Source: Nocardioidaceae bacterium (lineage in GTDB: Bacteria; Actinomycetota; Actinomycetes; Propionibacteriales; Nocardioidaceae). Taken from it: a DNA stretch of 64,000 bases. Location of the stretch: contig DASQDP010000049.1 in the NCBI GenBank assembly GCA_035634095.1, positions 1,711-65,710 on the forward strand, read 5' to 3'. The position numbers were made by a program, and so were the translations under genes. Shown here one piece after another: positions 21,690-31,952 of this stretch. The notes under the pieces are model-generated. The model saw only the letters and a list, made by a program, of their open reading frames with translations. It was not told the DNA's origin and did no database searches. Positions within the stretch are counted from its first letter, which is position 1. Every line of letters begins with the position of its first letter.

Positions 21690-21721
21690 GACCACCACGA
21701 TAGTCAGCCGCCGGCGCGGCG

Positions 21722-23596
21722 TCAGCCCGCCTGCCCCGGGCGCACCAGGCGCACCCCGACGTCCACCAGCGCGACCCGGCCCCCGTCCACAGGCAGCACG
21801 CGGGTCGCGGCGTCCACGCCCGGCCGCAGAGGCCAGGAGCGGCTCAGGGTCAGCTCGCCGGCAGCCGAGACGTGCAGCGCCACGAACCGCGACCGCCCCT
21901 CGCGCCAGCTCCACTCCGCCGTCACCAGCAGGCGCTCGTCCGGCAGGTAGGACACCGCGCGTGGGTCCTCGCTCCCGGGGAGCCACGTGTCGCGGCCGAG
22001 GTCGAGAGTGTCGGTGCGGCGTACGTCGGCCAGGTCGTGGAGGTCGAAGGTGGACGCCTGGGCCCCCCGGTCGATCCCCGTCGTCGTGGCGTCGCGACCG
22101 AGCCCCACCAGCAGGTCGCCTCCCACCGGGTGCAGGTAGGACGAGAAGCCGGGGACCTTCAGCTCTCCCAGCAGCCTCGGTCGGGCCGGGTCGGAGAGGT
22201 CGACGGTGTACAGGGGGTCGGTCTGCCGGAAGGTCACCACCACGGCGAGGTCGCCGAACCACCGCACGCTCATCACCTGCTCGTCCACGCCGAGGCCGTC
22301 GACGTGCCCGGTCTCCTCGAGCCGGTCGCCGCGCTCCGCGAGCACGCGCACCCCGCTCGAGCTCCATCTCGACGCGGTGGACACCGTGGTCGTCGCCACG
22401 CGCAGGTGCCGATCGTGCTCGCTGAACGACCAGCGGTCCTTGACGAACCCGGGCACCGAGCCGGACGCGGCGTACGAGGTGCGGCCGACGTCGAGGGCGA
22501 ACGCGTGCACCGACGTCGAGCGGCCGCTCTGGGTGGCGACGTAGAGCCGGTCCTCGGAGGAGTACACCAGGTCGCCGGCCGCGGTGACCGCCGTGGCGGT
22601 ACCGAGCTCCGGCGCGTCGGCGGCGAAGGTCAGCACGCTCACCGTGCCCGGCCCCGACCCGCGCACGGGATGGCGCACCTCGTCGCACGCCACGAGTGGC
22701 CGCTCCTCGCCCGCTCCGGACCGCACCGTGGGCAGCCAGGCACCGACGGGTGCGGCGCGCACCAACCGGCGGTTCGCGCGGGTCGCCTGGTCGGGGCTCC
22801 GGTTCGGCCCCGGCTGCACGAACGGCAGCGCGGGAGCGCGGGAGGCGAGCGCCAGCCGCACGGTGCCGTCGCGGTACAGCCGGGCGGACACCAGACTGCC
22901 GCCCAGGCTGCGGTCGTCGACGAGCCGGGGCGTCGCCGGGTCGCTGATGTCGAAGGACAGCAGGCGGGTCCGGGCGGTGCCTTGCCCGGTCGGGGGCCAC
23001 GACCGGCGGAGGTCGTCGACGAGAGGCACCGGGCCGCCGGGCCAGAGCCGCTCGCCCTCGACCACCAGCACCCGCTCGCCGTGCAGCAGCAGCTCCGTGC
23101 CCAGGACCTCGCGGCCGGGCAGGGCGCTGCGCGACAGCTCGAGAGGCCGTTCACCGGAGACGTCGGTGACCACCAGGCTGTGGCCGCTGATCCGCACCAG
23201 CACCCGCCCGTCGGTCTTGGCGACGTCCGGCTCGTCGACGCCGGCCTCCTGCACGTTCGTGCCGGTGCCGCTCGCGCCGACCGCGGTCTCCGGCGCCGCG
23301 TCCCCGACGGGCACTGAGACGTCGGTCCTGCCGGCCGCCAGGGGCACCGGCCCGTCTCCCAGGCCCCACGGCCCGACCTCGGGCAGGGCCGCCCGCACGT
23401 ACCACCGGCGCAGCTGCTCGCAGTTGTCGAAGCCGGGCAGCCCGGCTGCGGCTGCGGCCGGTGGCCGGACCAGCGACCGGGTGGCGTCCACCAGCGCGCC
23501 GGCGGTGCCGCCGAGCACGCCCGAGGCGAGCAGGGCGTACGTCGCGACCCCGGCCGTGACCCCGGTCGCGACCGTGCTGAGGACTTGTCGTGCCAT
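21722..23596 (-). CDS. Secreted beta-propeller domain protein (Beta_propel-like)
   Basis: N-terminal TM/signal; GTNVQEAGVDEPDVAKTDG; VRWFGDLAVVVTFRQTDPLY; ELKVPGFSSYLHP. Confidence 0.85.
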   Translation of the reverse strand: MARQVLSTVATGVTAGVATYALLASGVLGGTAGALVDATRSLVRPPAAAAAGLPGFDNCEQLRRWYVRAALPEVGPWGLGDGPVPLAAGRTDVSVPVGDAAPETAVGASGTGTNVQEAGVDEPDVAKTDGRVLVRISGHSLVVTDVSGERPLELSRSALPGREVLGTELLLHGERVLVVEGERLWPGGPVPLVDDLRRSWPPTGQGTARTRLLSFDISDPATPRLVDDRSLGGSLVSARLYRDGTVRLALASRAPALPFVQPGPNRSPDQATRANRRLVRAAPVGAWLPTVRSGAGEERPLVACDEVRHPVRGSGPGTVSVLTFAADAPELGTATAVTAAGDLVYSSEDRLYVATQSGRSTSVHAFALDVGRTSYAASGSVPGFVKDRWSFSEHDRHLRVATTTVSTASRWSSSGVRVLAERGDRLEETGHVDGLGVDEQVMSVRWFGDLAVVVTFRQTDPLYTVDLSDPARPRLLGELKVPGFSSYLHPVGGDLLVGLGRDATTTGIDRGAQASTFDLHDLADVRRTDTLDLGRDTWLPGSEDPRAVSYLPDERLLVTAEWSWREGRSRFVALHVSAAGELTLSRSWPLRPGVDAATRVLPVDGGRVALVDVGVRLVRPGQAG

Positions 23597-23709
23597 CAGG
23601 GCTCCTCGTGTGCTCGGCGGGCTGTTGCTGTGATGGGACGCAACCGGCGGGTCACCGGTTCCCTGGCAGGGTGGGAGCGTCCCCGCCGTACCAGCCGAGG
23701 AGCTGCCCC

Positions 23710-24894
23710 GTGCCCGATCGGGAGCTGGACCTCGTCCTGTTCGGAGCCACCGGGTTCACCGGGGGGCTGACCGCGGACTACCTGGCGCGCCATGCGCCGG
23801 CGGGCTGCCGCTGGGCGCTCGCCGGCCGCAGCATCGAGAGGCTGGAGGCGGTCCGGGAACGGCTCGTCGCTGTTGACCCGGCCCTGGCCAGGCTGCGGCT
23901 GCTGCAGGCCGACGTCACGAACGCCGCCTCCGTGGCCGACGTCGCCGCGCGGGTGCGTGTGGTCATCACCACCGTCGGCCCCTATCGGGAGCAGGGCGAG
24001 CCGCTGGTCGCCGCCTGCGCCGAGGCTGGCACCGACTACGTCGACCTCGCCGCGGAGCCGGAGTTCGTGGACCGGATGTACCTCGCCCACCACGACCGCG
24101 CCGTCCGCACCGGAGCCCGGCTCGTGCACGCCTGCGGCTTCGAATCGGTCCCCAACGACCTGGGTGCGCTGTTCACCGTGCAGCAGCTGCCGGAGGGCGT
24201 TGCGCTCCGGGTGCGCGGGATGGTGCGGGCCAGCGGCGCCGTGTCCGGCGGCACCTTCGCCTCCGCCATGACGGCGCTGTCCCGGGTGCCGCAGATGCAG
24301 GCGGCGGCCGCGGCGCGCCGGCAGGTCGAGGGCCGCCCCGCGGGCCGGCGGGTGCGGGGGTTGACCCTGCGGCCGCACCACGACCCACGAACAGGCACGT
24401 GGCTGGTGCCGCTTCCGACGATCGACCCCCTCGTCGTACGCCGGTCGGCGGCCGCCCTGGACCGCTACGGACCCGACTTCGGGTACGGGCACTACGCCGC
24501 GGTCAAGCGGCTGCCGACGGTCGTGGCCGGGATCGCCGCAGTGGGCGCGCTCGGCGTGGGCGCCCAGGTGCCGCCGCTGCGACGGTTCCTGGTCGCCCGT
24601 GTCCCGCAGGGGTCCGGACCCAGCGAGGAGCGCCGAGCGCGCTCGTTCTTCCGGGTTCGCTTCATCGGCGAGGGCGGCGGGCGGCGGGTGTTCACCGAGG
24701 TGCGGGGAGGGGACCCCGGATACACCGAGACCGCGACGATGCTCGCCGAGTCCGCGCTCTGCCTCGCCTACGACGACAACCCAGCGACGGCCGGTCAGGT
24801 GACGACGGCTGTGGCGATGGGCGACCGGCTGCGCGAGCGTCTGGAAGAGGCCGGCATCCGCTTCACCGTGCTGCGGACGGAGCAGGCCCGGTAG
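23710..24894 (+). CDS. Saccharopine dehydrogenase-like NADP-binding oxidoreductase
   Basis: VLFGATGFTGGL, TVGPY..GEPLV, CGFESVPNDLG, GDPGYTETA. Confidence 0.9.
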   Translation: MPDRELDLVLFGATGFTGGLTADYLARHAPAGCRWALAGRSIERLEAVRERLVAVDPALARLRLLQADVTNAASVADVAARVRVVITTVGPYREQGEPLVAACAEAGTDYVDLAAEPEFVDRMYLAHHDRAVRTGARLVHACGFESVPNDLGALFTVQQLPEGVALRVRGMVRASGAVSGGTFASAMTALSRVPQMQAAAAARRQVEGRPAGRRVRGLTLRPHHDPRTGTWLVPLPTIDPLVVRRSAAALDRYGPDFGYGHYAAVKRLPTVVAGIAAVGALGVGAQVPPLRRFLVARVPQGSGPSEERRARSFFRVRFIGEGGGRRVFTEVRGGDPGYTETATMLAESALCLAYDDNPATAGQVTTAVAMGDRLRERLEEAGIRFTVLRTEQAR

Positions 24895-24997
24895 TGACCC
24901 AGGCCACGCTGCGGTCTTGACCGTTCCTCAGCGGTGACCGGTCACGGTGCCTACGCTGGGTCGGGTAGCAGTTCTGGGAGCTGGGAGACGTACATAC

Positions 24998-26458
24998 ATG
25001 GTCATGCGGTTGCGCTTGCGCGCTCTGGCGGCGGCAGCAGTCGTCACGGCGGTCCCGATCTCGTCGGCGTCCCTCGCGGCTGAGCTCGAGGCGAACTGGA
25101 GCGAGCCGCTGACGTCGCAGTCAGGCGCCGCCCTCGCACTGGCCCGGGCGTCCGAAGCGTCGGCGCCGGCGTCGCAGCCCACCGAGCCGCACACCACCAT
25201 CCGGGCCGGGCTGGCGCTCCGGACCGCGGCGCAGCGGCAGCGCAAGATCTCCGTGGCGAGCGCCAAGGGGACCCGCACCTGGACCGCCAGCTCCCTCTCC
25301 GGGCACGACGTCCCCTCCGCCGCGATGCGCGCCTACCGGGCCGCTGCTCGCTCCATCGACGCGACCGCTCCGGGCTGCCGGCTGCCGTGGACGCTGCTCG
25401 CCGGCATCGGCCGCGTCGAGTCCGACCACGGCCGGTACGGCGGCTCGGTCCTGGGCGCCGACGGGGTGCCACGACCGGCGATCGTGGGCGTCGCCCTGAA
25501 CGGCGTGGGACCCGTCGCCGCGATCTCCGACACCGACGACGGACTCTTCGACGGTGACCGGGTGTGGGACCGCGCGGTCGGGCCGATGCAGTTCATCCCC
25601 TCGACCTGGCAGGGCTCCGGTCGCGACGGCGACGGTGACGGCGTGCGGTCGCCCAACGACATCGACGACGCGGCGCTGGCTGCTGCGTCGTACCTGTGCG
25701 CGGACGGTCGCGACCTGACCCGGGACGGCGACGTGCGCGCCGCGATCTTCAGCTACAACCCGTCCAGCTACTACGTCGACCTGGTGCGTGCGTACGCACG
25801 GGGCTACGAGGGCGGCGCCTTCGTCATCCCCTCACCGTCGGTGGCTCCCGGCTCCGGCGACGGGGTCGTCCAGCTGCGGGACGACTCGACGACGAACACC
25901 GCTGTCCGGTCGACCGGGACCCAGAAGGCCCGTCGCAAGGCGCTGGCCGCTGCACGGGCGCGGGCCGAGGCCCGTGACCATGGCGCCGGCACCAAGGGCG
26001 CAGCGCGGCCGGCCAAGCAGGGCGCGGGCGCCACACCGGCCAAGCCTCGCCCTGCCAAGCCCCGCCCCGCCAAGCCGACGCGCTCGCCCAAGCCGACACC
26101 CAGCGCCAAGCCGTCGCCCACGCCCACGCCGACGCCCACGCCGACGCCGAAGCCGAGCCCGACGCCGAAGCCGAGCCCGACGCCGAAGCCGAGCCCGACG
26201 CCGAAGCCCAGCCCGACGCCTCCGTCGCCGGTCACCGTGACGGGTCTCGTGGTGAAGTCCGGGGACGGATGGGCCGTCGGTGAGGTGACCCTGACGGCCG
26301 ATGACGCCACCTCGATCGCTGGTGAGGACTACGACGGCGACGGCACGGATGAGACGGTCGCGCTGGAGCTGGACGGTCTGGTCGCAGCGAAGGCAACGGC
26401 GAGCCTGAGCTACACAAGCAACCCCTTCCAGGTCGTCGGCTTCTCTGTCGGGTCCTGA
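24998..26458 (+). CDS. Secreted lytic murein transglycosylase with Pro/Thr/Lys-rich linker
   Basis: LLAGIGRVESDH, AVGPMQFIPSTW, DAALAAASYLC, YNPS; start approximate. Confidence 0.88.
   Translation: MVMRLRLRALAAAAVVTAVPISSASLAAELEANWSEPLTSQSGAALALARASEASAPASQPTEPHTTIRAGLALRTAAQRQRKISVASAKGTRTWTASSLSGHDVPSAAMRAYRAAARSIDATAPGCRLPWTLLAGIGRVESDHGRYGGSVLGADGVPRPAIVGVALNGVGPVAAISDTDDGLFDGDRVWDRAVGPMQFIPSTWQGSGRDGDGDGVRSPNDIDDAALAAASYLCADGRDLTRDGDVRAAIFSYNPSSYYVDLVRAYARGYEGGAFVIPSPSVAPGSGDGVVQLRDDSTTNTAVRSTGTQKARRKALAAARARAEARDHGAGTKGAARPAKQGAGATPAKPRPAKPRPAKPTRSPKPTPSAKPSPTPTPTPTPTPKPSPTPKPSPTPKPSPTPKPSPTPPSPVTVTGLVVKSGDGWAVGEVTLTADDATSIAGEDYDGDGTDETVALELDGLVAAKATASLSYTSNPFQVVGFSVGS
26143..26220 (+). 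repeat. In-frame 18-bp VNTR (TPKPSP x4.3)
   Basis: gacgccgaagccgagccc tandem copies, preceded by PT hexamer repeats. Confidence 0.9.
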
Positions 26459-26617
26459 CCGTCGGGAGCGCCGCACAGGTCCACGGCAACCACGCACAGG
26501 TGTGGTTCCCGGCGGCAGCAGGCGGTTCAGCTCACGGCGAGCGCACACAGGGGCGACTGCCGCGGGGCCGGTCGCTGCGTGTGCGGGCGACTCCAGCGCA
26601 GCCGGCCCCAACGCGGA

Positions 26618-26648
26618 GCGCCCGGACCTCCACAGGAGGTCCGGGCGC
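26618..26648. terminator. Bidirectional terminator-like hairpin between convergent genes
   Basis: GCGCCCGGACCTCC-aca-GGAGGTCCGGGCGC, perfect 14-bp stem. Confidence 0.75.
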
Positions 26649-26669
26649 CTCTGGCCCCTCGGCGTGCCC

Positions 26670-27785
26670 TCAGCGGAGTACGACGGTGGCCCGCAGCATG
26701 TTGTGGTCCGAGGGCAGGACGCCCCTGACCCGCAGTGTGCGCGGGTCGAAGTTGAGGACCACCTTGAACTCCTTCACCCGCAGCCGGTTGGACGCGAAGA
26801 TGTAGTCGATGCTGACACCGGTCTTCGACCGGGCGTGGGGGTAGCCGTAGCCGGCGACGTTCCGGCTGCTGTGGTTGTAGGAGTTGACCCATGCATGCAC
26901 GCGCCGCTCGGCACGCACACCGCGGCTCGGGTTGACGCGGTACTGCTGGTTCAGCACGTCGCCCACGCCCGCGCGCTTCATCGCCGGCAGCATGGTCCTG
27001 GTGATCGGGTCGAACTTGTGGGCGTTGAAGTCGCCGACGCTGACCACCGGCATGTTCCCTCGCAGCCGCTTGATCGCGGCGATCATCTGCTGCCACTGCG
27101 CCACTCGGGTGCTCCGGCTGCGGGCGTCGAGGTGTGTCGAGGTGAAGAGGAACCTCTTGCCGTTGACCCGTGAGCGCAGGACGGACCAGACCATGCCGTT
27201 CATCTTGGCGCCCACCCCCTGTCGGCTGTAGCGGACGAAGCCGCGGCGGAGCTGGGTGAGCGTGCGGGTGTTGTACAGGATGCGCTCGCTGCCGGATGCG
27301 GCCCGGTAGGCGAAGCGGCAGCGGTAGCTGGAAGCGGCACGGGCGCAGTTGACGGCGGCGTTGCTGTTCAGGCGGTAGCGCCCGCCGCTGCGGTTCAGCC
27401 CGTTGCGCAGGTCGAGCATCATGTTCGTCCCCGCCACGAGGCGGGACCGGAACACGTTGCTGGGGTTGAGCTCCTGCAGGCCGATCACGTCGACGCGCTC
27501 CTGCAGGATCTGCCGGATCACCGTCGCGCGCCGCACCTTCCACGGCCGTCGTGCGCCGGACGTCCTGTCCAGGCTGACGCTCTGCACGTTGAAGCTGGCC
27601 ACCCGGATGTCGGCACCCGGGGTGCGCGCGGCGGCCGCGACCGCTCCCACGGAGGCGCCCCCGGCGCCGTGGGCGGCGCTCGCGGAGGCAGTCGGCCCGG
27701 TCAGGCCCGTCGTCAAGGCCGCCGCTAGCGCGCAGGTGAGGGTGGGCCCGGCGATTCTGAGCAGCGTTCGTCCATGGTTCGACAT
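26670..27785 (-). CDS. Secreted endonuclease/exonuclease/phosphatase (EEP) family protein
   Basis: VASFNV, IGLQE, STHLD, GDFN, IDYIF, SDH; signal-like N-terminus. Confidence 0.88.
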   Translation of the reverse strand: MSNHGRTLLRIAGPTLTCALAAALTTGLTGPTASASAAHGAGGASVGAVAAAARTPGADIRVASFNVQSVSLDRTSGARRPWKVRRATVIRQILQERVDVIGLQELNPSNVFRSRLVAGTNMMLDLRNGLNRSGGRYRLNSNAAVNCARAASSYRCRFAYRAASGSERILYNTRTLTQLRRGFVRYSRQGVGAKMNGMVWSVLRSRVNGKRFLFTSTHLDARSRSTRVAQWQQMIAAIKRLRGNMPVVSVGDFNAHKFDPITRTMLPAMKRAGVGDVLNQQYRVNPSRGVRAERRVHAWVNSYNHSSRNVAGYGYPHARSKTGVSIDYIFASNRLRVKEFKVVLNFDPRTLRVRGVLPSDHNMLRATVVLR

Positions 27786-27942
27786 CCGAGTGTCAGCTCC
27801 TTGGGGGGTGGCCTCCGCCGGTGCCGACGCGGAGCGGCCGGCAGCAAGGGCAGAAGGCGATAAGTCAGGATGAAGTCGTGCCAAGTGCTTCGGAGGGAAA
27901 ACCCGTGCACTTGACCCCCCAGCGGCGGCCGTCCCGGCGCGC

Positions 27943-28359
27943 TCAGCTGTCGGAGGCCCCTCGGGGGCGTCGCTGCTGCGGGATGGTGCACCGACGGGCC
28001 TGCTCCTGGTAGGCGAACATCGACTCGAGCGTGGTCTCCGGCTCCTGCCGATCGACCGCCGAGGCGGGCTCGAGCTCAGGCACGACCTCGGGCTCCGGTC
28101 GCAGACGCGCCAGCAGCTCGAAGGGGGGCGCCGCAGCGGCCATCACGGGGTCCGTGGTCACGGTCACTGTCACCCGTGGCCACCACCGGCTCCGGTCCTC
28201 GCGGGAGACCACCACCGGGTTCTCGAAGGCCTGCTCGGCAAAGGCGACCGCCGACTCAAACGACCCGCCGGTGACCCGCCAGACGGGGTTGCGCCCGGAC
28301 ACCTCGATGCGGTCCGGGATCGCCTCGATCAGCTCCCTGATGCCTCGCGTGAGCAGCAT
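27943..28359 (-). CDS. Hypothetical protein
   Basis: Open frame with GAGAGGG RBS-like sequence before the ATG; no family recognised. Confidence 0.55.
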   Translation of the reverse strand: MLLTRGIRELIEAIPDRIEVSGRNPVWRVTGGSFESAVAFAEQAFENPVVVSREDRSRWWPRVTVTVTTDPVMAAAAPPFELLARLRPEPEVVPELEPASAVDRQEPETTLESMFAYQEQARRCTIPQQRRPRGASDS

Positions 28360-28519
28360 GGTCACCCTCTCCGTGGCGCCCGCCACGCTAGCCTCGCCGC
28401 CGGCCGAGGCGCAGCAGCGACACGAGAGGCCCCCCGCGCCGTCGAACCTTTACGTCCCGGGGTCAAGTCGCCCGCTCGCCGCTCCGATACTCCGTTCATC
28501 GAGGGCAGGGGAGGCCGAC

Positions 28520-28810
28520 ATGACCAGTATTCTCGAGGAGCCGGCAGGCGTCGCGGACGTCACCACGAGCAGCGATCCCGTCAGCACGAGCGCTGAGACC
28601 CCGGCGCCGTACCGTTGCGGGGACCGGATCTGCGCCACCAGCCCCGAAGGCACCCGGTTCCTGGCTCGCGTCGAGGCGGTCACGCGCACCCCCTCCGGTG
28701 AGTTCAGCGTGGTGGCCGCTGTGACCGAGCCGCGCCGCTACCGCAGCCACCTGCTGACCACGCTGGTCGGCGCGGACGGCTACGGGCCCGCTGTCCGTCC
28801 TGCCGTCTGA
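28520..28810 (+). CDS. Small hypothetical protein (possible beta-barrel)
   Basis: GGAGG RBS, coding-like GC3; no family recognised. Confidence 0.6.
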   Translation: MTSILEEPAGVADVTTSSDPVSTSAETPAPYRCGDRICATSPEGTRFLARVEAVTRTPSGEFSVVAAVTEPRRYRSHLLTTLVGADGYGPAVRPAV

Positions 28811-28866
28811 ACCTCGCCCGCGCCGGCAGGCGCCCCACCGCCCCGCTCTGGACTCAGGGAGCAGCC

Positions 28867-29904
28867 ATGACCTCGCCACCCGCGACCGCCCCGACCGCGC
28901 CGGACCAGGTGGCGCAGAGCGCGCCCACGATCCCTGTCGTGACGCCGGACATGGACTTCGAGACCGCCGCCCGCCTGGTCATCGACTACCTGAACACCCA
29001 CGTGCCGCTCGCCATGTGGGCGGTGACCCGCGTCGAGAACCGTCGCCAGACCTTCCTCTTCGTCGACCAGGACAACGGCTACGCCGCGACCCCGGGAGAC
29101 ACCGGCCCGTGGGAGGACTCCTACTGCGTGCGCATGGAGGCAGGTCTCGCTCCCAACGTCGCACCCGACGCCCAGGCCGTCCCCGTGTACGCCGCAGCGC
29201 CGGTGAACCGGACGACCAGGATCGGCGCCTACGGCGGCGCCCCGATCTACGAGCCCGCCGGCAGCCTGTTCGGCGTCCTCTGCGGCATCGACCCCGAGCG
29301 GCGTCTCGACGAGTCGTTCGCCCAGAGCGGTCCGTTGCTGATGCTCCTCGGGCAGCTGCTCAGCCTGGTGCTGGCCGCCGAGCGCGTGCGTGAAGGACAG
29401 TGCCTGTCGTTGCTCGAGGCCACGCTCGCCGCCGAGACCGACGCGCTGACCTGTCTGTACAACCGGCGTGCCTGGAGCCGGATCCTGCAGGAGGAGGAGC
29501 GGCGCTTCCAGCGGCTCGCGGACCCCACCGTCGCCGTCATGCTGGACCTCGACCTGCTCAAGACCGTCAACGACACGGAGGGCCACGCCGCCGGCGACCG
29601 CTACATCCAGCGGGCCGGCACGGCCCTGCTCGCCTCGGTCAAGGACACCGACGTCGTGGCGCGTCTGGGCGGGGACGAGTTCGGGGTACTGCTGCGCGGC
29701 TGCACCGAGTCCCAGGCCGAGGGTGCCGTCACCCGGATGTACCGAGCGCTGTCCGACGCCGGCGTGGCGGGATCCATCGGCTGGGCGCCGATCACGGTGC
29801 TCAAGGGCTTTCCTGCAGCGCTGGCCGAGGCCGACGCCGCCATGTACGCCGCCAAGGCGGCTCGTCGCGCGCACCGGGCCGCAGCCGACATCGCGACCCG
29901 CTGA
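28867..29904 (+). CDS. GAF-GGDEF diguanylate cyclase
   Basis: GAF (GAYGGAPIYEPAGSLFGVLCGID); TDALTCLYNRR; DLDLLKTVNDTEGHAAGD; RLGGDEF. Confidence 0.93.
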   Translation: MTSPPATAPTAPDQVAQSAPTIPVVTPDMDFETAARLVIDYLNTHVPLAMWAVTRVENRRQTFLFVDQDNGYAATPGDTGPWEDSYCVRMEAGLAPNVAPDAQAVPVYAAAPVNRTTRIGAYGGAPIYEPAGSLFGVLCGIDPERRLDESFAQSGPLLMLLGQLLSLVLAAERVREGQCLSLLEATLAAETDALTCLYNRRAWSRILQEEERRFQRLADPTVAVMLDLDLLKTVNDTEGHAAGDRYIQRAGTALLASVKDTDVVARLGGDEFGVLLRGCTESQAEGAVTRMYRALSDAGVAGSIGWAPITVLKGFPAALAEADAAMYAAKAARRAHRAAADIATR

Positions 29905-29996
29905 CCCACCCCCGGAGGAGTCGTCCCCCGGCCCTGCGAGAGGGTGCAGGGACACCGGGCCAGCGCCGTGGCGGGCCGATGACCAGGGAGGCCGCG

Positions 29997-31487
29997 ATGG
30001 GAGCTGGGACGCCCGAGAGCGACCGGGGCGACGGCGCGACCGGCGCCGCCGACGTCCCGCCGGCCGCCCCGGTCGGGTCCGCCGAGACGGGCTACCACAT
30101 GCCGGCCGACGAGTTCCGCCGCCACGGGCACGCGCTGGTCGATTGGGTGGCCGACTACCTCTCCGGCGTCGAGCAGCGGCCGATCCGGCCCGCGGTCGAG
30201 CCCGGGTCGGTCCGCGCTGGGTTGCCGGCGTCCGCTCCCGAGGCGCCCGAGCCGTTCGAGTCGGTGCTGCGGGACCTCGACGCCGTGGTCATGCCGGGGA
30301 TCACCCACTGGCAGCACCCCGGCTGGTTCGCCTACTTCCCAGCGAACACCTCCGGGCCCTCGGTGCTCGGTGAGCTGGTGGCCGCGGGCCTGGGCGTGCA
30401 GGGGATGCTGTGGTCCACCAGCCCCGCCGTGACCGAGGTGGAGAGCCTGGTGCTGGACTGGCTGGTGCAGCTGATGGGACTGCCGGAGTCCTGGCGGATG
30501 GACACCGGTCCCGGCGGCGGTGTGCTGCAGGCGAGCGCCTCGGACGCGGTGCACACTGCTCTGGTGGTGGCCCGGCACGGGGCGGTCCGCGCCGGTCACG
30601 ACATCCGACGCCTGGTGGTCTACACCTCCTCGCAGGCGCACTCCTCGGTCGAGAAGGGCGCGCGGGTGGCGGGCTTCGAGCACTTCCGGACGCTCCAGGT
30701 GGACGACCGGCTCGCCATGGACGCCGATGCGTTCCGCGCCAGCGTGGAGCGGGACGTGGCCGAAGGGCTGGTGCCGTGCGCGGTCGTCAGCACCGTCGGC
30801 ACCACCGGGACCAACGCCGTGGACCCGGTGCGCCTGATCGGCGCGGTGGCACGCGAGCAGGGTCTGTGGCACCACGTGGACGCCGCCTACGCAGGTGCCG
30901 CGATGGTCTGCCCGGAGCTCCGCCACCACCAGGACGGGCTGGAGCTGGTCGACTCCTACACGTTCAACGCGCACAAGTGGATGTTCACCAACTTCGACTG
31001 CTCGGCGTTCTGGGTCGCCGACCGGCGCCGGCTCGTCGAGACCCTGTCAGTGCTGCCGCCCTACCTGCGGGACGCCGCCTCGGAGTCCGGTGAGGTGGTG
31101 GACTACCGGGACTGGCACGTGCCCCTGGGCAGACGGTTCCGCGCTCTCAAGCTGATGTTCGTGCTGCGCTCGTACGGCGCCGAAGGCATCCGGCACCACC
31201 TCCGGGCGCACATGCACCTGGCGGGCGAGCTCGCCGACCGCATCTCCGGGTCCCCCCGCCTCACGTTGGTGGCTCCGGTGCCGTTCGCGCTGGTCTGCTT
31301 CCGGCACACGGATGGGGACGCCCCCACCGCAGCAGTCGTCGAGGCGGTCAACAGGACCGGACGCTTCCTCGTCACTCCGTCGGTGCTTCCCGACGGCACG
31401 TCGTACGTCCGCGTCTCCATCGGGCAGACCGGCACCGAGCAGCGGCACGTCGACGGCCTCTGGCAAGCCATCTCCGCCGCTCGGTGA
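29997..31487 (+). CDS. Aromatic-L-amino-acid decarboxylase (group II PLP decarboxylase)
   Basis: PGITHWQHPGWFAYFP, QAHSSVEK, HVDAAYAG, NAHKW, LGRRFRALK. Confidence 0.92.
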   Translation: MGAGTPESDRGDGATGAADVPPAAPVGSAETGYHMPADEFRRHGHALVDWVADYLSGVEQRPIRPAVEPGSVRAGLPASAPEAPEPFESVLRDLDAVVMPGITHWQHPGWFAYFPANTSGPSVLGELVAAGLGVQGMLWSTSPAVTEVESLVLDWLVQLMGLPESWRMDTGPGGGVLQASASDAVHTALVVARHGAVRAGHDIRRLVVYTSSQAHSSVEKGARVAGFEHFRTLQVDDRLAMDADAFRASVERDVAEGLVPCAVVSTVGTTGTNAVDPVRLIGAVAREQGLWHHVDAAYAGAAMVCPELRHHQDGLELVDSYTFNAHKWMFTNFDCSAFWVADRRRLVETLSVLPPYLRDAASESGEVVDYRDWHVPLGRRFRALKLMFVLRSYGAEGIRHHLRAHMHLAGELADRISGSPRLTLVAPVPFALVCFRHTDGDAPTAAVVEAVNRTGRFLVTPSVLPDGTSYVRVSIGQTGTEQRHVDGLWQAISAAR

Positions 31488-31670
31488 CGACGGGCACGCT
31501 CGCTGGCTCCCGCACGCCGTGACGGTCCCGGGCGGGCGGGCGGCCGCCGGCGAGGAGCCCGGAGCCGCTATCATGGGCCCGCGGAGAGCCGGGAAGTCTG
31601 GTCGGCACAGTGTCGTCGACCCCCAGGAGCCCCGGATGGCTGCACCAGTTCCGCCCCCCGGGGCCCGGCT

Positions 31671-31877
31671 CTGGCCTTCAGCGCAGGCAGCACCGCTCAC
31701 GCGCATGCCAAGGTCGGCGTGCTCACCGGCTCGGTCCTGGCCGGACTCGTCGCGGCGGTCATCGTCAAGGGGCGTGACCGTGTCTACCGCCGGATCGCCG
31801 AGGCGGAGGCAGCGGACGCCGACCAGGACGGCGTGCCGGACGTGTACCAGACGGTGCGCCCTGAAGAGCAGCCTTGA
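31671..31877 (+). pseudogene. Isolated C-terminal remnant of an nhaA paralog
   Basis: LAFSAGSTAHAHAKVGVLTGSVLAGLVAAVIVKGRDRVYRRIAEAEAADADQDGVPDVYQ aligns by eye with the C-terminus of the intact NhaA at 46340. Confidence 0.8.
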
Positions 31878-31952
31878 GCGCCAGCAGCCGGCGTCGTCGA
31901 GCTGCCGTGAGGTGACGGGTGTGCGCGCGGACGGTGCGGGCACGGGCGCACG

